Part shown: in pieces, positions 1-7,957 of the stretch | Layout of the letters: each line of letters starts with the position of its first letter | Numbering within the stretch: position 1 is the stretch's first letter | Assembly: GCA_964543385.1 (NCBI GenBank) | Contig: CAZIYE010000002.1 | Location: 60,001 to 92,000 of the forward strand | DNA from: an uncultured Candidatus Saccharibacteria bacterium | Lineage (GTDB): Bacteria; Patescibacteriota; UBA1384; XYA2-FULL-43-10; 1-14-0-10-43-13 | DNA length: 32,000 bases | Direction: 5' to 3' | Position numbers and translations under genes: made by a program | The notes under the pieces: generated by a model | What the model was told of the DNA's origin: nothing | The model's input: the letters and a program-made list of their open reading frames with translations, nothing else | The model's database searches: none

Positions 1-50
1 GATTTATTGATAGTAACAGCCATATCTGGCATTACTATCTATTCTACGAT

Positions 51-103
51 TAAAAAAAAATACCCTCCTGACCTTTAATAGGCTAGGAAGGCATTTTATT
101 TTT
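51..103. terminator. Candidate bidirectional intrinsic terminator at window edge
   Basis: A9 run (52-60), then an imperfect hairpin at roughly 63-91 (arms CCCTCCTGACC / GGCTAGGAAGG with bulges, loop TTTAATA), then TTTTATTTTT (94-103). The unit it serves is cut by the window edge and cannot be resolved. Confidence 0.4.
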
Positions 104-413
104 CGTTGGGTTCGCTAGTTCCTTGACCTCTTATTTTGTTAAGAGCTGGACTACCTTGGATTGAGTTTTACCCCAATACATAGAGACGATCCAAAAAAAA
201 TTTTAAAAATCAGGCCGGGAATTAGCGTGGTCTTTATTAAAACAATTCCGAAATAAAATTGTTTTAGCTATTGATGCATTTATCGACGGTAGTTTTAATA
301 TTATTTTGTTTATTATTACAAATCATTATAAATTAATGATTTTTTTCATATTTGCTGAAGACTTATTAAAAAAATTCATTTAAGGTTAATCCAGAAATAT
401 TAGGGATTAGAAA

Positions 414-860
414 ATGAGCAATGACATAAAAGATAATAAACCAGATGAAAAAGAAGGTCTAGTTTCAGAAATAAGTAGCGAAATTTTGGGACAACCACTC
501 AAAAATTTGGAGACTAATGAAATAGAAATATCTTCTGATGAAGACATTGTGAGTGACCTAAGCCAAGATAAAAGAGCAAGCAAAGAAGCAATCTCTGGCA
601 TTAGGTCAGCAATTAATGTTGGGAAAAAGAATACTGATGCTGACCTGGGCGTTGTCTCTAATGACGTTGATGCTGACTGGCAGAATGAGTCAACTTCGGA
701 AGAAGTATCTATGGGGGAGAATCCCACTCCGGATCAGGATCAAGTTGATTCTATATCGAGTTCATGGGGTATGAATTATCATAACCAAGAGGAACTCGAT
801 ATAGAGAAGAAGGTAAAAGGTCTTGAACAGAAAAGAAGAAATGACGATAACACAGAATAA
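414..860 (+). CDS. Hypothetical acidic, Ser/Asp/Glu/Asn-rich low-complexity protein
   Basis: 148-aa ORF with ATG start, preceded by GGGATTAG. No hydrophobic segment. Contains GENPTPDQDQVDSI, which I recall from a family of uncharacterised acidic bacterial proteins (family identity from memory, unverified). Ends 12 nt before lon. Confidence 0.55.
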   Translation: MSNDIKDNKPDEKEGLVSEISSEILGQPLKNLETNEIEISSDEDIVSDLSQDKRASKEAISGIRSAINVGKKNTDADLGVVSNDVDADWQNESTSEEVSMGENPTPDQDQVDSISSSWGMNYHNQEELDIEKKVKGLEQKRRNDDNTE

Positions 861-872
861 GAAAGGAGTAAT

Positions 873-3182
873 TTGTTATTTGGAATAAAAAAATATAACC
901 CACTTGTTTTTATTAAAGACGCAGTAATATTTCCAGATATTCTCGTAGAACTATTTTTTAGCAATAGTTATTGTATAAATGCAGTAAAGAATGCCAAGGA
1001 TGGCATGTTGATTTTGGTAACTCAAAGATCGAGTACGAGTAGTTCTCTTCCTTCGCAACAAGACCTGTTCGAGGTTGGCACAATTGGCGAAATAAAAAAT
1101 ATAATCTATGAAGGGGACAAATTAAGAGTCCTTTTTGAGTCGAAAAGAAGAACGTTCATAGAAAAGATCATAGATAAGAGGACATACTTTGATGCATCTC
1201 ATTCTCTTATTGATGATGATAAAAGTAATGACGATCAAACAGTTGCGCTTACAAAAAACTTAATTTCAAATATTAAAGATTTCGTAAACAAGAATCGTTT
1301 TTTACCCTTAGATATTGCAATAAAAATTTTGTCCCTTGAAGATCCGAACAAAATCATAAATAATTTAATCCCTATTCTTTCAGAGACAATTGAAACTAAG
1401 CAAGATATATTAGAAACTATCGATATAAATGATCGTTTAGCTAAAGCAAACAAGGCAGTATCTCATGCGCTTCAAATTCATGATCTAGAGGAAAAAGTTG
1501 CCCAGCAAACTCAAGAAGAATTATCTAAAACACAAAAAGAAGTTTTCCTCAGGGAAGAGCTTAAAACAATCCAAAAAGAACTTGGAGGAGGGGCAAGCGA
1601 GTATACCGATCTTGAAAGAAAAATCGAAATATCAGGTATGCCATTAGATATAAAAAAAGTCGCCCACAGAGAGTTAAACCACTTGGAAAAAACCCCGTCA
1701 TTTTCACCGGAAGTTTCCTATATCAGGAATTATCTTGATTGGTTGGTCTCTATGCCTTGGATTAAGTATTCTGCAAGTATTATTGATATCGAAGAAGCTA
1801 AGATAATCCTTGATAACGATCATTATGCCCTTGATCAGGTTAAACAACGGATTCTGGAATTTCTTGCCGTGCAATCCAGGGTAGGCAAGATAAAAGGTCC
1901 GATCCTCTGTTTTGTGGGCCCTCCTGGCACTGGTAAGACATCGATAGGTAAGTCAATCGCAAAAGCCCTTGGACGTAAATTTACCAGAGTGTCTCTTGGA
2001 GGTATTAGGGACGAGGCCGAAATTAGGGGGCATAGGAGAACGTACGTTGGGTCAATGCCTGGACGTATAATACAAAGTATTCACGAGGTTGGTGAAAAAA
2101 ATCCAGTATTCATGTTGGATGAAATTGATAAACTGGGGGTCGATTTTAGAGGCGACCCTAGCTCTGCATTGCTTGAGGCATTGGATCCTGAACAAAATTT
2201 TAATTTTTCAGATCACTATCTGGAAGTGCCGTTTGATTTATCTGATGTTTTGTTCATTACAACAGCCAACGTTTTGGAGAATATTCCTGCGCCATTAAGA
2301 GATAGGATGGAGATTATTGAATTTACTGGCTATACACCAGAGGAAAAATTATCGATTGCTAATAAATTCATCTGGCGCAAGATTTCTAAATCTCATGGAT
2401 TGGATACCAGTATTCAAATTGATGATGCGGGGATAACAGAAATTATTAATCTTTATACTCAGGAAGCGGGAGTACGCGGACTCGAAAGAGAGCTTTCAAA
2501 AATTGCTCGTAAGATTGCTCTTTCGATTACTGAAAAAAAAGAAAAAGTAGAAATAATAAAAAAAGATGAAGTGGAAAAATATCTTGGCCAGCCTAAAAAA
2601 ATGGATTGGAAAAAAGAAGTAGAGGGACAAGTTGGAATAGTGGCTGCTTTAGCAGTGACAGAGGCTGGTGGAGAGGTGCTATCAGTAGAAGTTAGCTTTA
2701 TTGATGGAGGTAAAGGTAACCTAATGCTGACAGGACATTTAGGAGAAATAATGAAGGAATCAGCCCAGGCTGCACTCTCTTACGCTAGGACAAAAGTGCA
2801 TTTATTTGGTGTTAACGGCAATTTCTTTTCTGATCACGATGTCCATATTCATGTTCCAATGGGTGCAATCCCAAAAGACGGTCCATCTGCTGGTGTTGCT
2901 ATTGCTTCTGCTTTGCTCTCATCGCTATCAAATAGAAAAGTTGACCCGGAGATAGGTATGACCGGCGAGATTACATTAAGGGGCCGAGTGTTGGGAATCG
3001 GTGGACTTAAAGCTAAAGTTTTGGCAGCTCGCAGGAACGGCTTAAAAAAAATTATTTTGCCGGAGGCAAATGAAGGCGATTTAAGTGAAATAGAAGATAG
3101 ATATAAACAAAATATGCATTTCTTTATAATTAAAACAATGGACGAAGCTTTGCCCATTGTATTTGAAGGAGCTGAACAATGA
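873..3182 (+). CDS. lon: ATP-dependent Lon protease (LonA type)
   Basis: 769-aa ORF with TTG start and SD GAAAGGAG at 861-868. Has a LON N-terminal domain, AAA+ Walker A GPPGTGKTS, Walker B FMLDEIDK, the catalytic Ser motif PKDGPSAG and the downstream Lys in GGLKAK. Confidence 0.95.
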   Translation: MLFGIKKYNPLVFIKDAVIFPDILVELFFSNSYCINAVKNAKDGMLILVTQRSSTSSSLPSQQDLFEVGTIGEIKNIIYEGDKLRVLFESKRRTFIEKIIDKRTYFDASHSLIDDDKSNDDQTVALTKNLISNIKDFVNKNRFLPLDIAIKILSLEDPNKIINNLIPILSETIETKQDILETIDINDRLAKANKAVSHALQIHDLEEKVAQQTQEELSKTQKEVFLREELKTIQKELGGGASEYTDLERKIEISGMPLDIKKVAHRELNHLEKTPSFSPEVSYIRNYLDWLVSMPWIKYSASIIDIEEAKIILDNDHYALDQVKQRILEFLAVQSRVGKIKGPILCFVGPPGTGKTSIGKSIAKALGRKFTRVSLGGIRDEAEIRGHRRTYVGSMPGRIIQSIHEVGEKNPVFMLDEIDKLGVDFRGDPSSALLEALDPEQNFNFSDHYLEVPFDLSDVLFITTANVLENIPAPLRDRMEIIEFTGYTPEEKLSIANKFIWRKISKSHGLDTSIQIDDAGITEIINLYTQEAGVRGLERELSKIARKIALSITEKKEKVEIIKKDEVEKYLGQPKKMDWKKEVEGQVGIVAALAVTEAGGEVLSVEVSFIDGGKGNLMLTGHLGEIMKESAQAALSYARTKVHLFGVNGNFFSDHDVHIHVPMGAIPKDGPSAGVAIASALLSSLSNRKVDPEIGMTGEITLRGRVLGIGGLKAKVLAARRNGLKKIILPEANEGDLSEIEDRYKQNMHFFIIKTMDEALPIVFEGAEQ

Positions 3183-4321
3183 GTAGTTTTAAAATAATAT
3201 GTGTATCGCCTTATCCTCCCCGTCAGTGTGGTATTGCTAACTATACAAAAGATTTAGTTAGCTCGATAAGAATAACAAATCCAGAAGCAAGAGTAGGGGT
3301 GTATGCAATCCATGATCAGGATGGAACAGTAAGTTATCCAAAGGATGTTCGTGATCGTATTCCTTTTGAAAATATTACATCTTATATAAAAGCAGCAGAA
3401 GATATAAACAGCAGTGATTATAACACTGTAATAATCGAGCATGAGTTTGGCTTGTATGGGGGAATAGACGGTTCTCATATATTAAACTTTGTAGATAAAC
3501 TTGAAAAACCATATATCATAACTTTTCATACAATTCTATCAGATCCAGATAAGCGTAAAATTGAGATAGTGAATCAATTAGCAAAAAAAGCATTTGCAGT
3601 AGTGGTAATGGCAGATGAAGCAATTAAAAGATTAAGTGAGATCTATGGCGTAAATAAGGAAAAGATCTACAAGATACCTCACGGTGTTCCTGATATCGCC
3701 TTGGGCAGTGAAGACAAGATTAAGATGAAACTTGGTTTGAGTGGACGAAAAGTTATATCTACATTTGGTCTGATCAGCCAAAATAAGGGCATAGAGTATG
3801 TGATAGGAGCAATGCCAAAAATTATAGAAAAGAATCCAGAGGCCCTTTTTCTTATTATTGGCAAAACCCATCCCATTATTAGGCGTTATCAGGGTGAAAA
3901 CTATAGAGATCAGCTAAAGGCACTGACTAAGAAATATGGAATAGAAAAAAATGTAAAATTTATCAATCGGTATTTGGAGTTTAATGAGTTGATCGAATAT
4001 CTTGTGGCTACTGACATCTATATAACACCGTATTTAGAATCACAACAAATCACATCAGGTACACTGGCCTATGCTTTGGGAGCGGGAAAGGCCTGTATTT
4101 CAACGCCATATGTGTACGCTACAGAAGTTCTAGCGTCTAATCGCGGTTGTCTTGTACCTTTTAAAAACAGTGACAAAATATTTGAAAAAGTATCACTACT
4201 GCTCTCAAATAATAAACTAAGAGAGAGGCTATCAAAAAGGGGATATGATTATAGCAGAAACATGCTCTGGAAAAATGTAGCAATGCATCATTTGGATTTA
4301 TTTTCTAATTCTTTCAAGTGA
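3179..4321 (+). CDS. Glycosyltransferase, GT4-like (GT-B fold)
   Basis: 380-aa ORF. Its ATG overlaps the lon stop (ATGA, 3179-3182), with SD GAAGGAG at 3166-3172. The C-terminal half looks like a retaining GT4 (FGLISQNKGIEY; ESQQITSGTLAYALGAGKACIST resembles the E-x7-E region). Confidence 0.8.
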   Translation: MSSFKIICVSPYPPRQCGIANYTKDLVSSIRITNPEARVGVYAIHDQDGTVSYPKDVRDRIPFENITSYIKAAEDINSSDYNTVIIEHEFGLYGGIDGSHILNFVDKLEKPYIITFHTILSDPDKRKIEIVNQLAKKAFAVVVMADEAIKRLSEIYGVNKEKIYKIPHGVPDIALGSEDKIKMKLGLSGRKVISTFGLISQNKGIEYVIGAMPKIIEKNPEALFLIIGKTHPIIRRYQGENYRDQLKALTKKYGIEKNVKFINRYLEFNELIEYLVATDIYITPYLESQQITSGTLAYALGAGKACISTPYVYATEVLASNRGCLVPFKNSDKIFEKVSLLLSNNKLRERLSKRGYDYSRNMLWKNVAMHHLDLFSNSFK

Positions 4322-4433
4322 TAGTAGCAATATTCAAATGTTATATTAAAAGATAACATCTTTTGTCAAGAAGTCACAAAGAAATGGTAGTATGAAATGC
4401 TTAAAATTATATTAACTAATTGACGGAGACTTT

Positions 4434-4562
4434 ATGACAACAAAGACAGAGCAAAAAAAGGAAAAAGAAACTAAGGGTCGCGGCTGGCATGGCGATTCTA
4501 CGGGCCACGCCAAAGCAGGCCGCCTGGGTGGCAAAGCGAGGGCAAAGAAGAAGGATAAATAA
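4434..4562 (+). CDS. Small KGG-repeat-type stress-induced protein (42 aa), absent from the ORF track
   Basis: Hand translation gives MTTKTEQKKEKETKGRGWHGDSTGHAKAGRLGGKARAKKKDK. SD GGAG at 4425-4428 lies 5 nt before the ATG. The GWHGD..GHA.AGR.GG motif is typical of KGG / general stress peptides. The track ORF 4412-4618 (minus) is its antisense shadow. Confidence 0.6.
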   Translation: MTTKTEQKKEKETKGRGWHGDSTGHAKAGRLGGKARAKKKDK

Positions 4563-4611
4563 TTTTTTATAGCTAGGATAATGCGCTGAATATTTTTTAT
4601 CTTTGTAAGTA

Positions 4612-4640
4612 TTGACAAATGGTAAAAAATAAGTTAGATT
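4612..4640 (+). promoter_or_regulatory. Candidate sigma70-type promoter for the CdaR-like gene
   Basis: TTGACA (4612-4617), a 17-nt spacer, then TAGATT (4635-4640). It lies about 45 nt upstream of the start codon. Confidence 0.4.
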
Positions 4641-4688
4641 ATTTTAACTTTAGAAATAAATACAAATTTAAAAACCTGAAAGGAAGTG

Positions 4689-5852
4689 ATGGTATTCGCA
4701 GAATCTCTTGGGAGGGAGGTTGGCACTTATATTAAGAATTTACTCAATAAGGAAGTTTGTATTGTAGATGGAAAGGGCCAATGTGTTGCATCTCCCAACG
4801 ATGTTCTAAATGGCAAAACTGTAAATCTGCCAGGATTTGTCAATGATTTGAGCTCTCCTAAAGATTATATGGATAATGGTCAGAGTAAAATAATTATTCC
4901 TCTACGCTATCAGTCTAAAAATGTAGCTTATATACTTTTCGACGGTGATTCTAACGAGGTAAAAAACTATTCACTTCTAGTAAAAAGTTTTGCCGAGTTG
5001 CTTGTACAACAATATTATGAAAACAATAAACCTATTCTTGACCCTACTGATAATTTCATTATAGAACTTTTTGAGAATTATAGTCCTAGCGACAAGGCAA
5101 AACATGAGGCTGAGGCGAGAGTGCTGGGTTATGATCTATCCAAAAAAAGATTAGCTATTTCTATCTATTTAGAGGGATTTTGGGATAACTGTCTTCTGGA
5201 TTTAGATCAAGCTAGCTTTGAGCGTGATCAAATAATAAAAAACTGGAAAAGAAATTTAGAGCAATCCATAAATAGTTTTTTCACTAAGAATGCAGATCTT
5301 CTTATAGCCTATGTGGGAAATGATAGGTTTGTCATATTCAAATCAGTCGATGGAAGCGATGAAGAATCAGTCAAAAAACTGCTTAAGAAATCATACAAAT
5401 CTATTTTTGATACTCTTAAAAATCATAGGATCAAGAATATTACAGTTGGATTTGGTAATGCCTATCAATACATTGATGGTTTAATTAGATCCCGTCGAGA
5501 AGCCGATTTGACGTTGGAGCTTGGTCAGAGAATTTGGGGCGATGGACAAAGTTATTACTTTGGTGAACTAGGACTACTTTCAATTCTTGGCGATGGAGAT
5601 AGAGAAAAGAAAGTTGAGTTCTCGGATACTCTGCTGACAAAATTGAAAAATGATGAGTTAAATAAGACACTCGAATCTTTCTTTGAAAACAATCTCAATC
5701 TGACAGAAACCGCGGAGCAGATGGGAATTCACAGAAATACTGTCATATATCGCTTAAATCAGATCACAAAGGTCCTGGGCGCAGATCCTAGAGTTTTTGA
5801 ACAGGCTATGTCAATCAAAATCGCTCTTATTATACGTGGCCTATTTGGCTAA
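4689..5852 (+). CDS. CdaR/PucR-family transcriptional regulator (sugar-diacid-recognition domain plus C-terminal HTH)
   Basis: The track ORF starts at GTG 4686. ATG 4689 has better spacing to SD AAGGA (4680-4684). C-terminal PucR-type HTH: LTETAEQMGIHRNTVIYRLNQITKVLG. The N-terminal region resembles the diacid-recognition domain. Confidence 0.8.
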   Translation: MVFAESLGREVGTYIKNLLNKEVCIVDGKGQCVASPNDVLNGKTVNLPGFVNDLSSPKDYMDNGQSKIIIPLRYQSKNVAYILFDGDSNEVKNYSLLVKSFAELLVQQYYENNKPILDPTDNFIIELFENYSPSDKAKHEAEARVLGYDLSKKRLAISIYLEGFWDNCLLDLDQASFERDQIIKNWKRNLEQSINSFFTKNADLLIAYVGNDRFVIFKSVDGSDEESVKKLLKKSYKSIFDTLKNHRIKNITVGFGNAYQYIDGLIRSRREADLTLELGQRIWGDGQSYYFGELGLLSILGDGDREKKVEFSDTLLTKLKNDELNKTLESFFENNLNLTETAEQMGIHRNTVIYRLNQITKVLGADPRVFEQAMSIKIALIIRGLFG

Positions 5853-5885
5853 GATTTTTAAATCTCTGTAGGGGCAAAAAGAGAT

Positions 5886-5936
5886 ATATATTCAAAATAC
5901 CACCAGAGATTATTCTAGGTGGCATTTTGAATATAT
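5886..5936. terminator. Bidirectional terminator-like hairpin between convergent genes
   Basis: 19-bp arms ATATATTCAAAATACCACC (5886-5904) and GGTGGCATTTTGAATATAT (5918-5936) with one mismatch and a 13-nt loop. AT-rich flanks on both sides. Confidence 0.5.
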
Positions 5937-5959
5937 GGTCTTGTTGTGTTGCTGTTCGG

Positions 5960-7867
5960 CTATCTTGAATTTGCGCTTCGTATGTACCATTCTAATCCAG
6001 CCCAACCAATTAATAGGATAGCCGGGATTATCAGGAAGGAAAAATTATTTTGTTTCGGACTGACAGGATCCATTGGAGTATTAGTCATTGCTATAGTAGT
6101 GATCTTATTGTCTGTATTACTGCTTTCAAATATCTGTTTATCTATTTTACCGTTCTGCGTGACCCTTTCATTTATATCAGTTTTTCTCTTCGTATTAGTT
6201 CTGATTTTCTCTTCACTATTTATATTAATTTGGCTTTTTCCTACTACACCCGACAGGACTTTCTCTGTTACAACGGGCGTGAAGGTGGAGGCATCATCCT
6301 CTTTCTTTATTTTATTTGATAAGTTACCATGCCAATTGCCAAAGATATTGATTATTTTTAGAGTCATCGTACCTGCTTTGTCAGATAAGCTATTCATAAT
6401 ATTAACAACATTTGAATATAGATCGATACTGCCGGTTTTAATATTACCAACAGCAGTGTTATTGCTTATGGTGTTTGTTCCGGTATTGGCATATATTTTA
6501 ACATTATTGTTAGTATCAACATGATTATCTTGCAATAGATTTACGGTATTTGATGATTCGATTGCGTTTGCGTTAGTTGAGTCTGATCCAGTCGTATCAT
6601 TAGCCAAATCTGACTTTGTTTCCAGAGAACCAAATCCGATTGGGGGAGCGTTTGATCCTCCTCCTAGAAATGCCATTGGATTTGCTCCTACTCGGTTGAT
6701 AATGAAATTGCCGGAGTCGACAAGATCAATTGCATCACCGACCCACTCGCCAAAAACATTAATAATATGTAGGGTTCCGGAATCATTGTTGAGCCAATCA
6801 ATATTGTTGCTATTAATATCTGTGCCGCCGGTCATAATATTGCCAGTAACTGTATTGGTAGAGATATCGTTTTTTCCAGTATTGGTGGTATATTCGAGTG
6901 AATTAATAACATTAATATTATTGCTGTGCTCGATATTTATTTCAGTGCTACTACCAATATTGTTGTAATCATATGAGGAGTCTCCAGAACTATTACTTCC
7001 TGCCCTTGGGATTATAATATCAGCATCTAAATCGTTCAGAACATTAATTACACCAACTGACATAATCATATTAGGGTTTACAAAATTTTGCAGATTGATG
7101 AGATTTGTAGCAAGACTTATGTCCCCGGTTGTGATATCTCCGACCTTTGTGTTCTGATCTACATTATTGAGTCCGGTATTGGCATTAATAATTAAATCAT
7201 TATTTGTACCAGCGTTATTATTATCCAAGATACCTATGACATTATTTTGATCAAGTGTATTAATATTGAGTGAATCATTGCCAGTTGTACCGTTGTAAAG
7301 ATTACTCTGCCCTTGAAGTGGAATCGATGTTCCATACATTGCATTATTAGTTAAATCTAGATTCGTCAATCCAGATCCATCGATAGTAGAAGCTGAAACT
7401 TGAGATCCTTCTGCAAATTGACTGTTCGAAATGTTAACAAAGGTGAGGCCTGCATCAATTTCGCCAGTTTCAATCGATCCAACAATAGAATTGTTTCCGA
7501 TCTGGTTAGCTCCAGAGTTTAGGGCGATATTAGCATTGTTGCTAGACGCTATATTAGTATTGTTGTTTTGGCTTATAGCGTTAATATTTTCGGAGTCAGG
7601 GCCGGTATTATAATTAGTTTCGGATATGTTTTCACTTACTGTGGACGTATTGTCTATGGGCACAGTAGTAGTTTCTTCTATTCTGCCAGTTACCATCTCC
7701 GGTCCTGTGATAATCTGGACTCCAGTTGGCACTTGTGGACCGACATCTCCTAAAGTGCCTCTTGTGCTGTCTTCAGCATGAGATAGCCCGTAGGGCAGAA
7801 AAGTAAAAAACATCATCAAAATAATGCTGAATGTTTTTTTTGCGGCTATTAATATAGTTTTTTTCAC
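5960..7867 (-). CDS. Secreted Asn-rich NTG-repeat protein with C-terminal membrane anchor (635 aa)
   Basis: GTG start with SD GGAG 5 nt upstream. Signal peptide MKKTILIAAKKTFSIILMMFFTFLPYGLSHA. About 4 copies of a 70-90 aa module (TGPxSxN ... ANTGxNxxxxNTxxGxIxTGxxD). Two NxFGxWxG motifs. C-terminal hydrophobic helix FSFLIIPAILLIGWAGLEWY followed by a basic tail. Confidence 0.8.
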   Translation of the reverse strand: MKKTILIAAKKTFSIILMMFFTFLPYGLSHAEDSTRGTLGDVGPQVPTGVQIITGPEMVTGRIEETTTVPIDNTSTVSENISETNYNTGPDSENINAISQNNNTNIASSNNANIALNSGANQIGNNSIVGSIETGEIDAGLTFVNISNSQFAEGSQVSASTIDGSGLTNLDLTNNAMYGTSIPLQGQSNLYNGTTGNDSLNINTLDQNNVIGILDNNNAGTNNDLIINANTGLNNVDQNTKVGDITTGDISLATNLINLQNFVNPNMIMSVGVINVLNDLDADIIIPRAGSNSSGDSSYDYNNIGSSTEINIEHSNNINVINSLEYTTNTGKNDISTNTVTGNIMTGGTDINSNNIDWLNNDSGTLHIINVFGEWVGDAIDLVDSGNFIINRVGANPMAFLGGGSNAPPIGFGSLETKSDLANDTTGSDSTNANAIESSNTVNLLQDNHVDTNNNVKIYANTGTNTISNNTAVGNIKTGSIDLYSNVVNIMNSLSDKAGTMTLKIINIFGNWHGNLSNKIKKEDDASTFTPVVTEKVLSGVVGKSQININSEEKIRTNTKRKTDINERVTQNGKIDKQIFESSNTDNKITTIAMTNTPMDPVSPKQNNFSFLIIPAILLIGWAGLEWYIRSANSR

Positions 7868-7884
7868 ATTTACTCCATCCTTTT

Positions 7885-7933
7885 AAGTATTGATGGAATT
7901 GGGGAGATAGTCCCCAAATCCTCATCAATACTT
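7885..7933 (-). other. Nested inverted repeat (stem-loop) between the two paralogous repeat-protein genes
   Basis: Perfect 11-bp outer arms AAGTATTGATG (7885-7895) and CATCAATACTT (7923-7933). Inner 5-bp arms GGGGA (7901-7905) and TCCCC (7911-7915). No U-run follows on the minus (transcribed) strand. Confidence 0.45.
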
Positions 7934-7957
7934 GATTAATAACAAGTTTTTATTTTG

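Noticed and set aside
1-78. ORF fragments at the left edge. Plus frame 1 is open to TAA 76-78 (..LLIVTAISGITIYSTIKKKYPPDL). Plus frame 3 is open to TAA 51-53. Minus-strand ATGs at 32-30 and 23-21 would give MPDMAVTINK.
   Set aside because: Each fragment is under 26 codons, they are mutually exclusive, and they are cut by the window edge. None can be supported as a gene from this sequence alone.
60-300. Possible riboswitch or attenuator leader on the minus strand. A hairpin plus U9 lies just upstream of the edge ATGs, and AGGAACUAGCGAACCCAACGAAAAAUAAAA is faintly preQ1-like.
   Set aside because: I could not build the P1 pairing required for a preQ1-I aptamer, and no other riboswitch consensus fitted. 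The hairpin is explained equally well as a bidirectional terminator for a plus-strand gene ending at the edge.
4412-4618. 68-aa minus-strand ORF from the track.
   Set aside because: It is antisense to the much better supported KGG peptide gene (SD plus family motif). Its sequence is low-complexity and has no start context.
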